Shown here in pieces: positions 46,153-54,983 of a stretch of 64,000 bases of DNA. Within the stretch, counting starts at the first letter, position 1. Each line of letters begins with the position of its first letter. The translations under genes and the position numbers were made by a program. The DNA comes from Clostridia bacterium (GTDB taxonomy: Bacteria > Bacillota > Clostridia > Oscillospirales > CAG-272), in contig JAGASP010000070.1 in NCBI GenBank assembly GCA_017621695.1, forward strand, positions 126-64,125, written 5' to 3'. A model generated the notes under the pieces. The model was not told where the DNA came from and did no database searches. It saw only the letters and a list, made by a program, of their open reading frames with translations.

Positions 46153-47610
46153 TTAGTTGATCTTATAGGTCGTCCCCTGCGCGGTGTCGATAAGGGTCAC
46201 GCCCTTCGCGGCCAGCTCGTCGCGGATGCGGTCGGCCTCAGCGAAGTTCTTCGCTTTCTTGGCGGCCTTGCGGGCTTCAATGGCGGCAAGGATCTCGCCC
46301 ACGAAGGGATCAGCCGCGGCGGCATCCGCCAAAGCCTTGGCCTCGGCGGCCTTCTGCTCCTCTTCCTTCTTACGGAGCTTGCTTGCACGATCCAAGAGGG
46401 AGAGGGACAGGACGGTGTCATAGTTCTCAACGAGCGCCAGCTTGGTAGCATCGTTCACCTTGGCCTTCAGCACATCGTAGAGGGCGGTAATGCCTAAAGA
46501 CGTGTTCATATCGTTATCCAGAGCCTTGACGAATCCTGCGCGCAAAGCTTCATACGCCTCGGTGTCCACGGCCTCGCCGCTGTTGGGATTCAGGGCAGCA
46601 ATACGGGCAATCAGCTTGTTGTAGGCCACCACGGCGTTGTCCATGTTCTCCCAGGAGAACACGAGGGACTTGCGGTAGTGGGACTGCAGGCAGAAGAAGC
46701 GGTAGACCATGGGGTCGTAGCCCTTCTCTTCCAACAGAGAGACCGTGAGGAACTCACCCTTGGACTTGGACATCTTACCGCTGTTGGTATTCAGGTGCAG
46801 TACGTGGAACCAGTATTTGCACCAATCGTGGCCGATGCAGGCCTCGGATTGGGCGATCTCGTTGGTGTGGTGGGGGAAGGCGTTGTCGATACCGCCGCAA
46901 TGGATGTCCAGATACTCACCCAGATACTTGAGGGAGATACCCGAGCACTCAATGTGCCAGCCGGGGTAGCCGATACCCCAAGGGGATTCCCACTTCAGCT
47001 CCTGGTCGTCGAACTTGGACTTGGTAAACCACAGAACGAAGTCAGCCTTGTTGCGCTTATTGCCGTCGGCCTCCACGCCCTCGCGGACACCCACGTCCAG
47101 ATCTTCCTCCTTGAAATCGTTGAAGATGTAGTATTTCTCCAGCTTGGAGGTGTCGAAGTAAATGTTGCCGCCGGCCTCGTAGGCGTAGCCCTTCTCGATG
47201 AGGGTCTCGATCATGGTGATATATTCGTCAATGCAACCCGTGGCGGGCTGGACGATGTCGGGAGTCTTGATGCAGAGCTTTTCGCAATCGGCAAAGAAAG
47301 CATCGGTGTAGAACTTGGCGATCTCCATGACGGTCTTCTTCTCACGTCTTGCGCCCTTGAGCATCTTGTCTTCGCCCTCGTCGGCGTCGCTCGACAGGTG
47401 TCCCACGTCGGTGATGTTCATGACACGGGTCACGTCATAGCCGGAATAACGGAGGTATTTTTCCAGTACATCCTCCATCATGTAGGTGCGGAGGTTGCCG
47501 ATGTGAGCGAAATGATAGACCGTAGGGCCGCAGGTGTACATACTGACCTTGCCTTCCACGTGGGGGATAAATTCTTCGCGCTTGCGTGTAGCAGAGTTGT
47601 AAAGTAACAT
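46153..47610 (-). CDS. cysS: Cysteine--tRNA ligase
   Basis: Start MLLYNSATRKRE with an AAAAGGAGAC RBS. HIGN (FAHIGNLR) and KMSKS (GKMSKSKG) motifs. The ORF-track N-terminal extension to 47928 was rejected. Confidence 0.93.
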   Translation of the reverse strand: MLLYNSATRKREEFIPHVEGKVSMYTCGPTVYHFAHIGNLRTYMMEDVLEKYLRYSGYDVTRVMNITDVGHLSSDADEGEDKMLKGARREKKTVMEIAKFYTDAFFADCEKLCIKTPDIVQPATGCIDEYITMIETLIEKGYAYEAGGNIYFDTSKLEKYYIFNDFKEEDLDVGVREGVEADGNKRNKADFVLWFTKSKFDDQELKWESPWGIGYPGWHIECSGISLKYLGEYLDIHCGGIDNAFPHHTNEIAQSEACIGHDWCKYWFHVLHLNTNSGKMSKSKGEFLTVSLLEEKGYDPMVYRFFCLQSHYRKSLVFSWENMDNAVVAYNKLIARIAALNPNSGEAVDTEAYEALRAGFVKALDNDMNTSLGITALYDVLKAKVNDATKLALVENYDTVLSLSLLDRASKLRKKEEEQKAAEAKALADAAAADPFVGEILAAIEARKAAKKAKNFAEADRIRDELAAKGVTLIDTAQGTTYKIN

Positions 47611-47642
47611 ATGAAAGTCTCCTTTTGGATGGTGTTTTGTTT

Positions 47643-47720
47643 CCGTAGGGGAGGCCCTGCGTGGCCTCCCGTTAAATAGGCGGTATTCGTGCGGGCGACC
47701 ACATAGGGTCACCCCTACAG
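47643..47720. repeat. Family B double hairpin
   Basis: ggggaggcc/ggcctccc and gggcgacc/gggtcaccc imperfect hairpins in the cysS leader. Confidence 0.7.
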
Positions 47721-47759
47721 AATTACGGGAATTCCCATAACGATCGTCAAAACGATGTG

Positions 47760-48677
47760 TTATATAAGACTTGCCAGCCGCTTGGCCGCGTTCAGCGTTC
47801 TCGCGGCATAAGCCTCTCGGGCTGATATATCCGAAGGCAGATGGGAGGTCTTGATCTCCATGTTCAAACATCGCCAGGCCATAGAGCCGTAGCCTATGGC
47901 GCGCAGACCCTCGGCGGCATCTGCCCAATCCACATCTCCATCGAAGGGGAGCAGGTGGTTGTCGGTTTTGGCGTTATTGTCATGGATATGCACCATGCGG
48001 AGGCGGTCACCCACCGTATGCAGCTCGGCGGACTGACACAACCCCGTCAGGTTGGCGTGGCCGAAATCCCAACAGATGCCCGTGTCCAGCTTGTCGGCAA
48101 GCCAGCGGATATCCTTGGCGCGACTGCCGAACACCAGCTCTCTCGGCTGATGGGGATAGGGAATGCCCGTCATGTTCTCAATACACAGGGTCACACCCTT
48201 CTGCCTTGCCAGATCACACAGAGGAGAAAGGAAGGCCAGATTTTCTTCCTTCCAGCGGTTGTAGTTGCAAACGCTGCTGTGACGCACGATGGGGTGGATC
48301 ACGGCGGCGGGAATATTTAAGTAAGCTGCGGCTTTAATACCCTCGGTGAGCCCGCGGATAAACGGCTTCATGGCGGCCTTATCATCAGGGTTGGGCATAT
48401 AGAAGGGCAAATGGCAAGAGGGGATGGTCAGACCACGGTTTTTCGCGCGGTTACCAAGGCTATACAGCACGCTGTAAATGTCACCCTCCACGCAGAAAGG
48501 ATTGCCGAGATCCGTGAAAAGATCCAAGGAAAGATCCAAGCCGTCAAATCCGCTGTCGGCGATAAAATCCACCGTGGCGGCGGAGGAAAATTTTCTCTGC
48601 GTGTCACAGGCATAGGCATGGAAACGGGACGGGACAATGACGGGAATTTTACTGCCGTCCATCATAGAAACACTCAC
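47760..48677 (-). CDS. Sugar phosphate isomerase/epimerase (xylose isomerase-like TIM barrel)
   Basis: VHIHDNN metal-site motif. A GTG start at 48677 lies 7 nt after AAGGAGGTG; the ATG at 48665 is an alternative. Confidence 0.6.
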   Translation of the reverse strand: MSVSMMDGSKIPVIVPSRFHAYACDTQRKFSSAATVDFIADSGFDGLDLSLDLFTDLGNPFCVEGDIYSVLYSLGNRAKNRGLTIPSCHLPFYMPNPDDKAAMKPFIRGLTEGIKAAAYLNIPAAVIHPIVRHSSVCNYNRWKEENLAFLSPLCDLARQKGVTLCIENMTGIPYPHQPRELVFGSRAKDIRWLADKLDTGICWDFGHANLTGLCQSAELHTVGDRLRMVHIHDNNAKTDNHLLPFDGDVDWADAAEGLRAIGYGSMAWRCLNMEIKTSHLPSDISAREAYAARTLNAAKRLASLI

Positions 48678-48872
48678 GGTCTCACCTCCTTTGCGTTGCT
48701 TTTCATAGGATAAAGCTATCATCATATTATTATACCACGAATATAGGGATTTGTCAAATCTTTTGGGGAATTTTTTGGAGTGCAGGCAAAAATTTCACGG
48801 CAAAGCAAAAACGAATTGCACATAGACAGAAAAAAGAACCGCCACAAGTGTGGCGGCTCTCTTGATGTTCTA

Positions 48873-50102
48873 TCATTTCTTTTTCAGAGCATAGGCTACG
48901 GCAGCCAAAGCTGTGAAGGTGGCAAGACTGCACAAACTCACCGCAGAAGCACAACCCGCCGTATCCGAACCGACGCTCTTCCCGTCCGTTACATCCGAAG
49001 ATTCCGTAACAGCGAAAAGGGTCTCATCCTCTGAGAGAGCGGTCTCGGTCTGCAAAGGCAGCTCGGCTTCGGGAATCCCCGTCTCTGTCTCGGAAGGCTC
49101 GGTCGGTTCCTCCACCGTCTCGGTTTCAAGATCCTCTGTTTCAGAAGTTTCGGTCTCAGGCTCCTCATATATGACGATCCCGTCACAGTTGAAAGACATT
49201 CCCTCTTGAATGGGAAGCTTCCACAGGATGCCGCTATCATATTGCGTCCAGGTAACCGCAGGGTTCCCGTTTTCATCGGTCCAGTCCTGCATGGTGCCTG
49301 CCGCCCAGTTGATATCTCCCGGCGTTCCGGAGCGATCGAGATAGTATAAGCACGCGCCCACCCGCAAGGGAATTTCCATGCCCTCGCTCACATAAAATCT
49401 GGGATCCTCTTCCCAAGCCCGCCAGAGGTAGTCGTCATACAACAGTTGCCAGGACAAGGCAAATTCTACGCTCCATCCCAGTTCAGTCTTTTTAGCCGCG
49501 CCCTTAACGCCGTCGCCATTGGCCTCCGTCAAAAGGCCATCCTTTATGGATTCCTGACGCCTGATCTGAATGGGCGCACCGTCCTCGATACAGGTGAAGG
49601 AATAGAAAATGTTTTTGGCGCACAGGAGCAGATCCGGATCCTCCTCGATATAGTCTCCCAGCACGTTGCCGAAATCCACGCTCAACTGGATGGCATCGCC
49701 GTTGTAGAACTCGCCTTCTTCGCCGTAGACGAAGTCCGAATCAACGATATCAAAGGCCAGATACAAAAAGTCCGCATCGGCGGCCGTGAAAGCGGTAATC
49801 TTGAAATCCGTTACGACCCGCTCTCCTGTCCATGTGATCATGTTGTGGGGGGTGATGACGGTGGCGGTCAGACCCGAAGCATACCATTCGGCCAGATCTC
49901 CGTCAGCCAGGTTCATCTCGCTCGAAATATTGGGGCGCCACGCCACAGTGATATCCCCGACAGGAGAATAAGCCTCAGAGTCACCGCCCAAATACCAACC
50001 GTAGTAAAATGAAACATCATACAAACGCTCGGCAGCAGGAAAAAGCATGCCCAAAGACAAAAGCAGGGCACAGAGAATCACAAAAACAAGCAGTTTCTTC
50101 AT
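48873..50102 (-). CDS. Secreted, C-terminally membrane-anchored protein with carbohydrate-binding-like domain
   Basis: Start MKKLLVFVILCALLLSL with a GAAAGGAGAA RBS. Acidic ETE-rich stalk, a C-terminal TM helix and a KKK tail. The CBM9-like call is a weak impression. Confidence 0.55.
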   Translation of the reverse strand: MKKLLVFVILCALLLSLGMLFPAAERLYDVSFYYGWYLGGDSEAYSPVGDITVAWRPNISSEMNLADGDLAEWYASGLTATVITPHNMITWTGERVVTDFKITAFTAADADFLYLAFDIVDSDFVYGEEGEFYNGDAIQLSVDFGNVLGDYIEEDPDLLLCAKNIFYSFTCIEDGAPIQIRRQESIKDGLLTEANGDGVKGAAKKTELGWSVEFALSWQLLYDDYLWRAWEEDPRFYVSEGMEIPLRVGACLYYLDRSGTPGDINWAAGTMQDWTDENGNPAVTWTQYDSGILWKLPIQEGMSFNCDGIVIYEEPETETSETEDLETETVEEPTEPSETETGIPEAELPLQTETALSEDETLFAVTESSDVTDGKSVGSDTAGCASAVSLCSLATFTALAAVAYALKKK

Positions 50103-50420
50103 GGGGTATTTTCTCCTTTCGTTTGCATAGATCCATACTTTTTGCGAACACCGCAGGCCGCGAAGGCGCAAGAAAGCAAGTTTTTCCGGATACATTTATA
50201 TTATATCACATACAGAGGCATTTGTCAACGCATCGCGGGCAAAATACAGGCCTATGATCTCCTCGTCGCCGAGAAGATCCCTTTGTCGGTCATACTTCAC
50301 GGTATGCCTCCTTTCACATTTTTTCTCCAAGGGCACGTGCCACGGAATCAACAGAAGCACGCATGGCCCTTTCACCCGGGATAACACCAACCGAGGGCAA
50401 AATCTTTCCGAATTCTGCAA

Positions 50421-50464
50421 TTTTTTCAAAAACAGGGTCAGGCCATCGAAAGATCGCCTGACCC
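50421..50464 (-). terminator. Rho-independent terminator
   Basis: gggtcaggc / gcctgaccc stem. On the minus strand it is followed by tgtttttgaaaaaa. Confidence 0.75.
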
Positions 50465-50474
50465 TTGGGGAGTA

Positions 50475-53429
50475 TCAGCCTTGTTTTTTCTTTTTCACAA
50501 CTGCGGGGACGACGATCGCGGCATACAGGCAGATGCCCAGCACTCCGCCCGTGACAACGACCATGACCTTGAGGCGTGTGGAATAGACCCACGTCTCACC
50601 GACCGACGTGTCTGTGGCCTGTGCTTGTGAAAGCTCTTCGGGGGCGGTTTCGTCTGTCGGGAGAGAATCGCCCGAGGTGTCCTCGGAAGAAAGACCGCTG
50701 TCCGTATCGGTTGGCTCGTCACCTTGGGTGTCATCACCCTCGGGTCGTGTATCCTCGGGCGTCGGATCCTCGGAGGATGCAAAGCCCTCCATCGGCTTGC
50801 TCTCATCTCTGGGGGACTCCACCGAGCCGTCAGCACGCAAGAGCGTATAGGAAGGCATGGCAACGGCATCGCTTCCCTGCCCTTCGGGGCAAACATACAG
50901 ATATGCATAACGGTCGTTGGGGGCGGTGTCGCCGAGATCCATGAACTCCATGACGTTGCCGCTCAAGGTGGAGTTGTCCGCCCACTTGAAGCAGAGAGAT
51001 GCCACATGACCCGCAACACCAATCGTTGCTTTGGCCAAGCGGATGACCATACGGTCACCGCTCACGGTATAGAGCGCCTGACCGATATGCTTGCCGTCCC
51101 AGCCCTCCGCCAATGACTCGACCGAAACGTAGTGGCCGTCGCGGTGACGGTTGAGCGCCAGATCAAAGCCTTCCCAACCCGTCGCGGGATCATTGTCAAG
51201 ATCCACGTAGAGGTTCATCCAGTTGATTCCGTCGTCTACGATCATATCATGCGCAGTGGTTACCGTGAAGTAGAGGTAGTCGGCATCCTGAGAAACCTTT
51301 GCGGCCACCAGATCGTTGCGGCCGGTGTGATTAACATAAGTGAGATTGGAGAAATAACCGTTTTCATGCCGCCATTCCACGTCCCCCACGTTGTCGCCGT
51401 ATACAGGGCCTACATTGTCCCACGTGGCGTGATCGGAGAGGTCAACGGAAACCTGTCCCGTGGCCTGTGAGACTTCGCCCGTGCCCTTATACTGACGGAT
51501 ATAGGAGACCATCTGATAGTAGTAGTTATCGCCAAAGCCGACCTCCTCGCCGTCACGGAGCTTCATGGGCTCGCCGTCACGGGAGTATTCGGTATTGAAC
51601 TGATCCACGAACTGAAATCCCAGATCCTTGGAGCCTGCGAACTTATCGTAGCCCGAGCTGGTCTGGTTCAGACCCGCCGTCCACTCGTTCCAGCCCGTGA
51701 TCATGACCATATCGGGATCAAACTGCATGATCGCCTCAAACTGCTTGGCAAAACCTACGCCTGCACCCGAATCAATGGAAAATCCGTAGTCATTGTCCTT
51801 GATTTTGGGGAAAGATCTGCCGTCATAGGTACGTCCCTTGGAGGTGGTGGGATGGTGACCCATACAAAGCGCCAGCTGCTCGAAGTTGCCGTTGATATCC
51901 CGCCCGGGGCCGCCGTTGGAATAGACGAATTTACCGCCGCGATAGACGTATTCCTGCAACCAGTTCCAGCCGCCGTCCTCGTCCTTCCACGCCCAGCAAT
52001 CACGAACCGTGAAGGTTTCGTTGATCCATTGACCCAGCTCCGAGGTGTCACTCCGCGCGCTGCAAAGGGTCAAAGGCTTGCCCTTGTACTGATAGAAAAG
52101 CTCTCCGTACTTGGCAAAGCCCTCTTCGGAATACATACTGCCGCGCAGAGCACTCATGACAGCGCCATAGTTGCCCGCCGAGAACACGCAAATATCGGGA
52201 GTATCAGTGCCCTCCTTGCGCATCTCCAGCCAAGTGTCCAACAGGATTTGGAGCTCTTGGGGATAGTACGCGCCGTTGGTGAAGTCCAGGAAGATGAAGT
52301 CCACCCCTGCGGCCTCCAACTGGTAGGCGTGCTTTCGGAAGACCCACGAGCTCATACTGCGATAGTAGCCGAAGTACGGCTCAGCCCAGAAGTAACTGCC
52401 GCTTTGTCCGGGCGTAGTCAGATGCTCATTGAGCCCCTCCAAACCCTCTTCCAAGAAAATTCTGGTGTTGTCCTGAATGAACTCGGTGTCCTCATATCCT
52501 CGGTTGAGGAAGTAGAAAATACCCACCTCCTTGCCCTCGCGGATATCGACCCCCACAGGGGTGGTGCGGTCGCGGTCATCGGTAGCGACCCAAGTGGTGT
52601 AATCAATGGAAAATCCCTGTGTGTCGGGCTTTTCCACGGTCAGATCGTTATGCTCGAACGCGACGTTATCAATATGTCCCACCATACCGTCCGCATACAC
52701 GGTACAGTAGCCTGCGGGACGGACATCCGAAGCCTCTTTGGAAGCCAGCACAGTGCCTGCGGCATCCAAAATTGCCAAAGCGCCCTTGTAGCTGTCGTAG
52801 GTCACCGAGCAAAGCAGGGTATCCTCCAGATACAGCGCAATGACCGACGCTTGATCCTTGACGGTCAGCTTGCCCACCGAGGCGATCTTGTCGGCCTTGA
52901 CGGTGGCGGTCAGGCGGCTTTCGGGCTCAGAGACGGTGACGGTATCCGTACCGTCGAAGGTAAACCAAATACCGCGATGCTTAGTATCGGTAGCCGTGCG
53001 GGAAAGACGCACACCGATCGACATTTTGCCGCCGGTTACATTGGCGTCCAGCGACATCTCACCCCCGTAGAGACCGTAATCATCTCCCAAAAACAGCGCC
53101 GAGCCAAAGGAAAATGTCTTGCCCTCCTTGCAGGAGAGGGTCTTACCGTCAAAGATCATGTTGGTGCGCAGAGACGCGGTCGCCAACACCTCGTCGGTAG
53201 AATAGTCGGTGATCTCGGTGGAGGTAAAATCGTATGTATAGGTTTTCGGGGTCTTATTCACCCAATCATAGGCGCGGTCATCCGACGTGATCTCCACTGC
53301 TTGCAATACATTCCCGCCGTCAGCCACAGCCGAAAACGGGATAGCCGAAAGCAACACCGCCGACAGGAGTCCTACGGCAAGCCATTTGGCTGACCGCTTG
53401 AATTCGGTTCGTTTATGTTTCTGCGTCAT
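50475..53429 (-). CDS. Large secreted, C-terminally membrane-anchored glycoside-hydrolase-like protein (family unassigned)
   Basis: 984 aa with a signal peptide and an N-terminal beta-sandwich-like region. The core shares GIFYFLN, FGYYRS, VDFIFLDFTN, ITGWNEW and EYSRDGEPMK with 29692-31710. Acidic stalk, TM helix and KKKKQG tail. Confidence 0.6.
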   Translation of the reverse strand: MTQKHKRTEFKRSAKWLAVGLLSAVLLSAIPFSAVADGGNVLQAVEITSDDRAYDWVNKTPKTYTYDFTSTEITDYSTDEVLATASLRTNMIFDGKTLSCKEGKTFSFGSALFLGDDYGLYGGEMSLDANVTGGKMSIGVRLSRTATDTKHRGIWFTFDGTDTVTVSEPESRLTATVKADKIASVGKLTVKDQASVIALYLEDTLLCSVTYDSYKGALAILDAAGTVLASKEASDVRPAGYCTVYADGMVGHIDNVAFEHNDLTVEKPDTQGFSIDYTTWVATDDRDRTTPVGVDIREGKEVGIFYFLNRGYEDTEFIQDNTRIFLEEGLEGLNEHLTTPGQSGSYFWAEPYFGYYRSMSSWVFRKHAYQLEAAGVDFIFLDFTNGAYYPQELQILLDTWLEMRKEGTDTPDICVFSAGNYGAVMSALRGSMYSEEGFAKYGELFYQYKGKPLTLCSARSDTSELGQWINETFTVRDCWAWKDEDGGWNWLQEYVYRGGKFVYSNGGPGRDINGNFEQLALCMGHHPTTSKGRTYDGRSFPKIKDNDYGFSIDSGAGVGFAKQFEAIMQFDPDMVMITGWNEWTAGLNQTSSGYDKFAGSKDLGFQFVDQFNTEYSRDGEPMKLRDGEEVGFGDNYYYQMVSYIRQYKGTGEVSQATGQVSVDLSDHATWDNVGPVYGDNVGDVEWRHENGYFSNLTYVNHTGRNDLVAAKVSQDADYLYFTVTTAHDMIVDDGINWMNLYVDLDNDPATGWEGFDLALNRHRDGHYVSVESLAEGWDGKHIGQALYTVSGDRMVIRLAKATIGVAGHVASLCFKWADNSTLSGNVMEFMDLGDTAPNDRYAYLYVCPEGQGSDAVAMPSYTLLRADGSVESPRDESKPMEGFASSEDPTPEDTRPEGDDTQGDEPTDTDSGLSSEDTSGDSLPTDETAPEELSQAQATDTSVGETWVYSTRLKVMVVVTGGVLGICLYAAIVVPAVVKKKKQG

Positions 53430-53436
53430 AACGGGC

Positions 53437-54807
53437 TCACTTTCTCACCTTGACGGTGATATAACCGGCTGTACCGCAAACTGCCACAATCATGATGGCA
53501 ATGAGGATCCAAAGTGCCAGAGAATCGTCCAATGTTTTCACGTTACTTCCGGCGTCTGTGAGCTCTTCCGTGGCAGCATCGCCGCTTTCTCCGGATCCGT
53601 TTTCGGGAAACTCCGTGTTCTCAAAGGGATCGGTGAGGGTTTCCGTAGGCGTCTCAGAGGGCTGTGTGATGGCATCGGTAGGAGCTTCGGAAGGTGTCTC
53701 CGAGGGCTCGGTAGGAGCTTCGGAAGGTGTCTCCGAGGGCTCGGTAGGCGCCTCCGTCGGTGCTTCCGTGGGTGCTTCGGTAACGTTTTCCAGTGCCTCG
53801 ATGGCGGACTCCGTCTTGCTCAGCTTTGCAAAATTGACAACCAGCGCCTTTTTGTCCTCGGGCAACGCATCATAAATCGCGCGAGCCGCAGCTACCAGCT
53901 CTTTGGCATCTTCAAGATTCTTTTCGGTTACCTTGGCAGGAAGCTGATGGATGGTCAGCACAGCCTGATAGGCGACCTCCACCTTGACCGTAACGTTATC
54001 CACGATCATGTCGGCAGCGCGAGTCGTCCAACCGATATAAGCCGCATCGCTGGACATCAGAGGATTGGTATACGTTCCCTTTTCATTGCCTTCGGCATCC
54101 AAAAGCTTCGCTTCCCCAAAGAACTTACCCTCAGACTCGTGGTTTCCGTAGACCTGACCGGGATTGGTAAAGGTAACGCGGCAGATCAGGGTATCGTTCA
54201 CGTAGATGGAAATGTCCGTTCCGCTGTCCGCAACACGAAGGTTGTAAGGATAGGAAGCTCCCTCGGGCAGAGGAAAATACACCGTATTGTTTTTCAGGCA
54301 GGACGTGGAAGCCGCGTTTTCGTCATAAGTCTTGACGTTCACACCCAACCTGCTCCCATTGGTATAAAGAAAGAGACCCGCCTGGCAGACCGAGGTGTCG
54401 GGGTGACCGTCTGCCTCGTAGTATGCGGCGACTGTTTTGGGTGCGCGGATGAACACACCGGTCTGTACTTGACCCTGCGCCTCGTGTACATCCAATGAGA
54501 ACTCATACGCCCCCACAATGGGGGTGGCCGAATAGATCTGCGTAAAAACGTGAGACTTCAGGTACAGGTTACCCGAAGCAGACTCCTGCACGTGAATGAC
54601 ACCGTCACCAATGGCGTTGGCATCACATACAAAGAAATTCGGCATCAGGGTGGAGCTGACGTTGACGTCCTTTTCGTATTCTTCAAAGTTTTCCTCAAAA
54701 ATCAAAATCAGATCAGAGTCATCATTGTCAGCTGCGAGGGGAAACAAGGATACGCAACCAAACAGAAAGCACGCGAGCATGATCAAAATCAGCAGTTTTC
54801 TTTTCAT
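53437..54807 (-). CDS. Secreted, C-terminally membrane-anchored protein (concanavalin/LamG-like domain suspected)
   Basis: Start MKRKLLILIMLACFLFGC with a GGAGGAG RBS. EAPTE/EPSETPS repeats, a C-terminal TM helix and a KVRK tail. Confidence 0.55.
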   Translation of the reverse strand: MKRKLLILIMLACFLFGCVSLFPLAADNDDSDLILIFEENFEEYEKDVNVSSTLMPNFFVCDANAIGDGVIHVQESASGNLYLKSHVFTQIYSATPIVGAYEFSLDVHEAQGQVQTGVFIRAPKTVAAYYEADGHPDTSVCQAGLFLYTNGSRLGVNVKTYDENAASTSCLKNNTVYFPLPEGASYPYNLRVADSGTDISIYVNDTLICRVTFTNPGQVYGNHESEGKFFGEAKLLDAEGNEKGTYTNPLMSSDAAYIGWTTRAADMIVDNVTVKVEVAYQAVLTIHQLPAKVTEKNLEDAKELVAAARAIYDALPEDKKALVVNFAKLSKTESAIEALENVTEAPTEAPTEAPTEPSETPSEAPTEPSETPSEAPTDAITQPSETPTETLTDPFENTEFPENGSGESGDAATEELTDAGSNVKTLDDSLALWILIAIMIVAVCGTAGYITVKVRK

Positions 54808-54983
54808 AGCATCTAAACTCCTCCGAAATAAAAAATCTCCAAGGTGCGTATTCGGAACCTTGGGGCTGCATTCAAAATGGTACGGATCGAACAGACTCCC
54901 GCGAGCGCAGAAATCCTTCGGGGCGCTTTCTCCTCCCGAAATGTTCGGGGAACTTCCTTGGCGGAAGTTCCCCATAAAAGGAA

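Noticed and set aside
47611-47760. T-box riboswitch leader upstream of cysS.
   Set aside because: I found no T-box consensus (AGGGTGGTACCGCG-like, read on the minus strand) and no specifier-loop architecture. The leader is instead occupied by family B REP-like hairpins.
46153-47928. N-terminal extensions offered by the ORF track: cysS to 47928, GRE from 21626, ADH from 15462, ParA from 26524, methyltransferase from 337, glgA from 36745, and lipoproteins from 29637 and 31770.
   Set aside because: The extensions run through repeat elements or neighbouring genes and lack an RBS. Internal ATG (or GTG) codons with good Shine-Dalgarno sites give canonical N-termini for each family.
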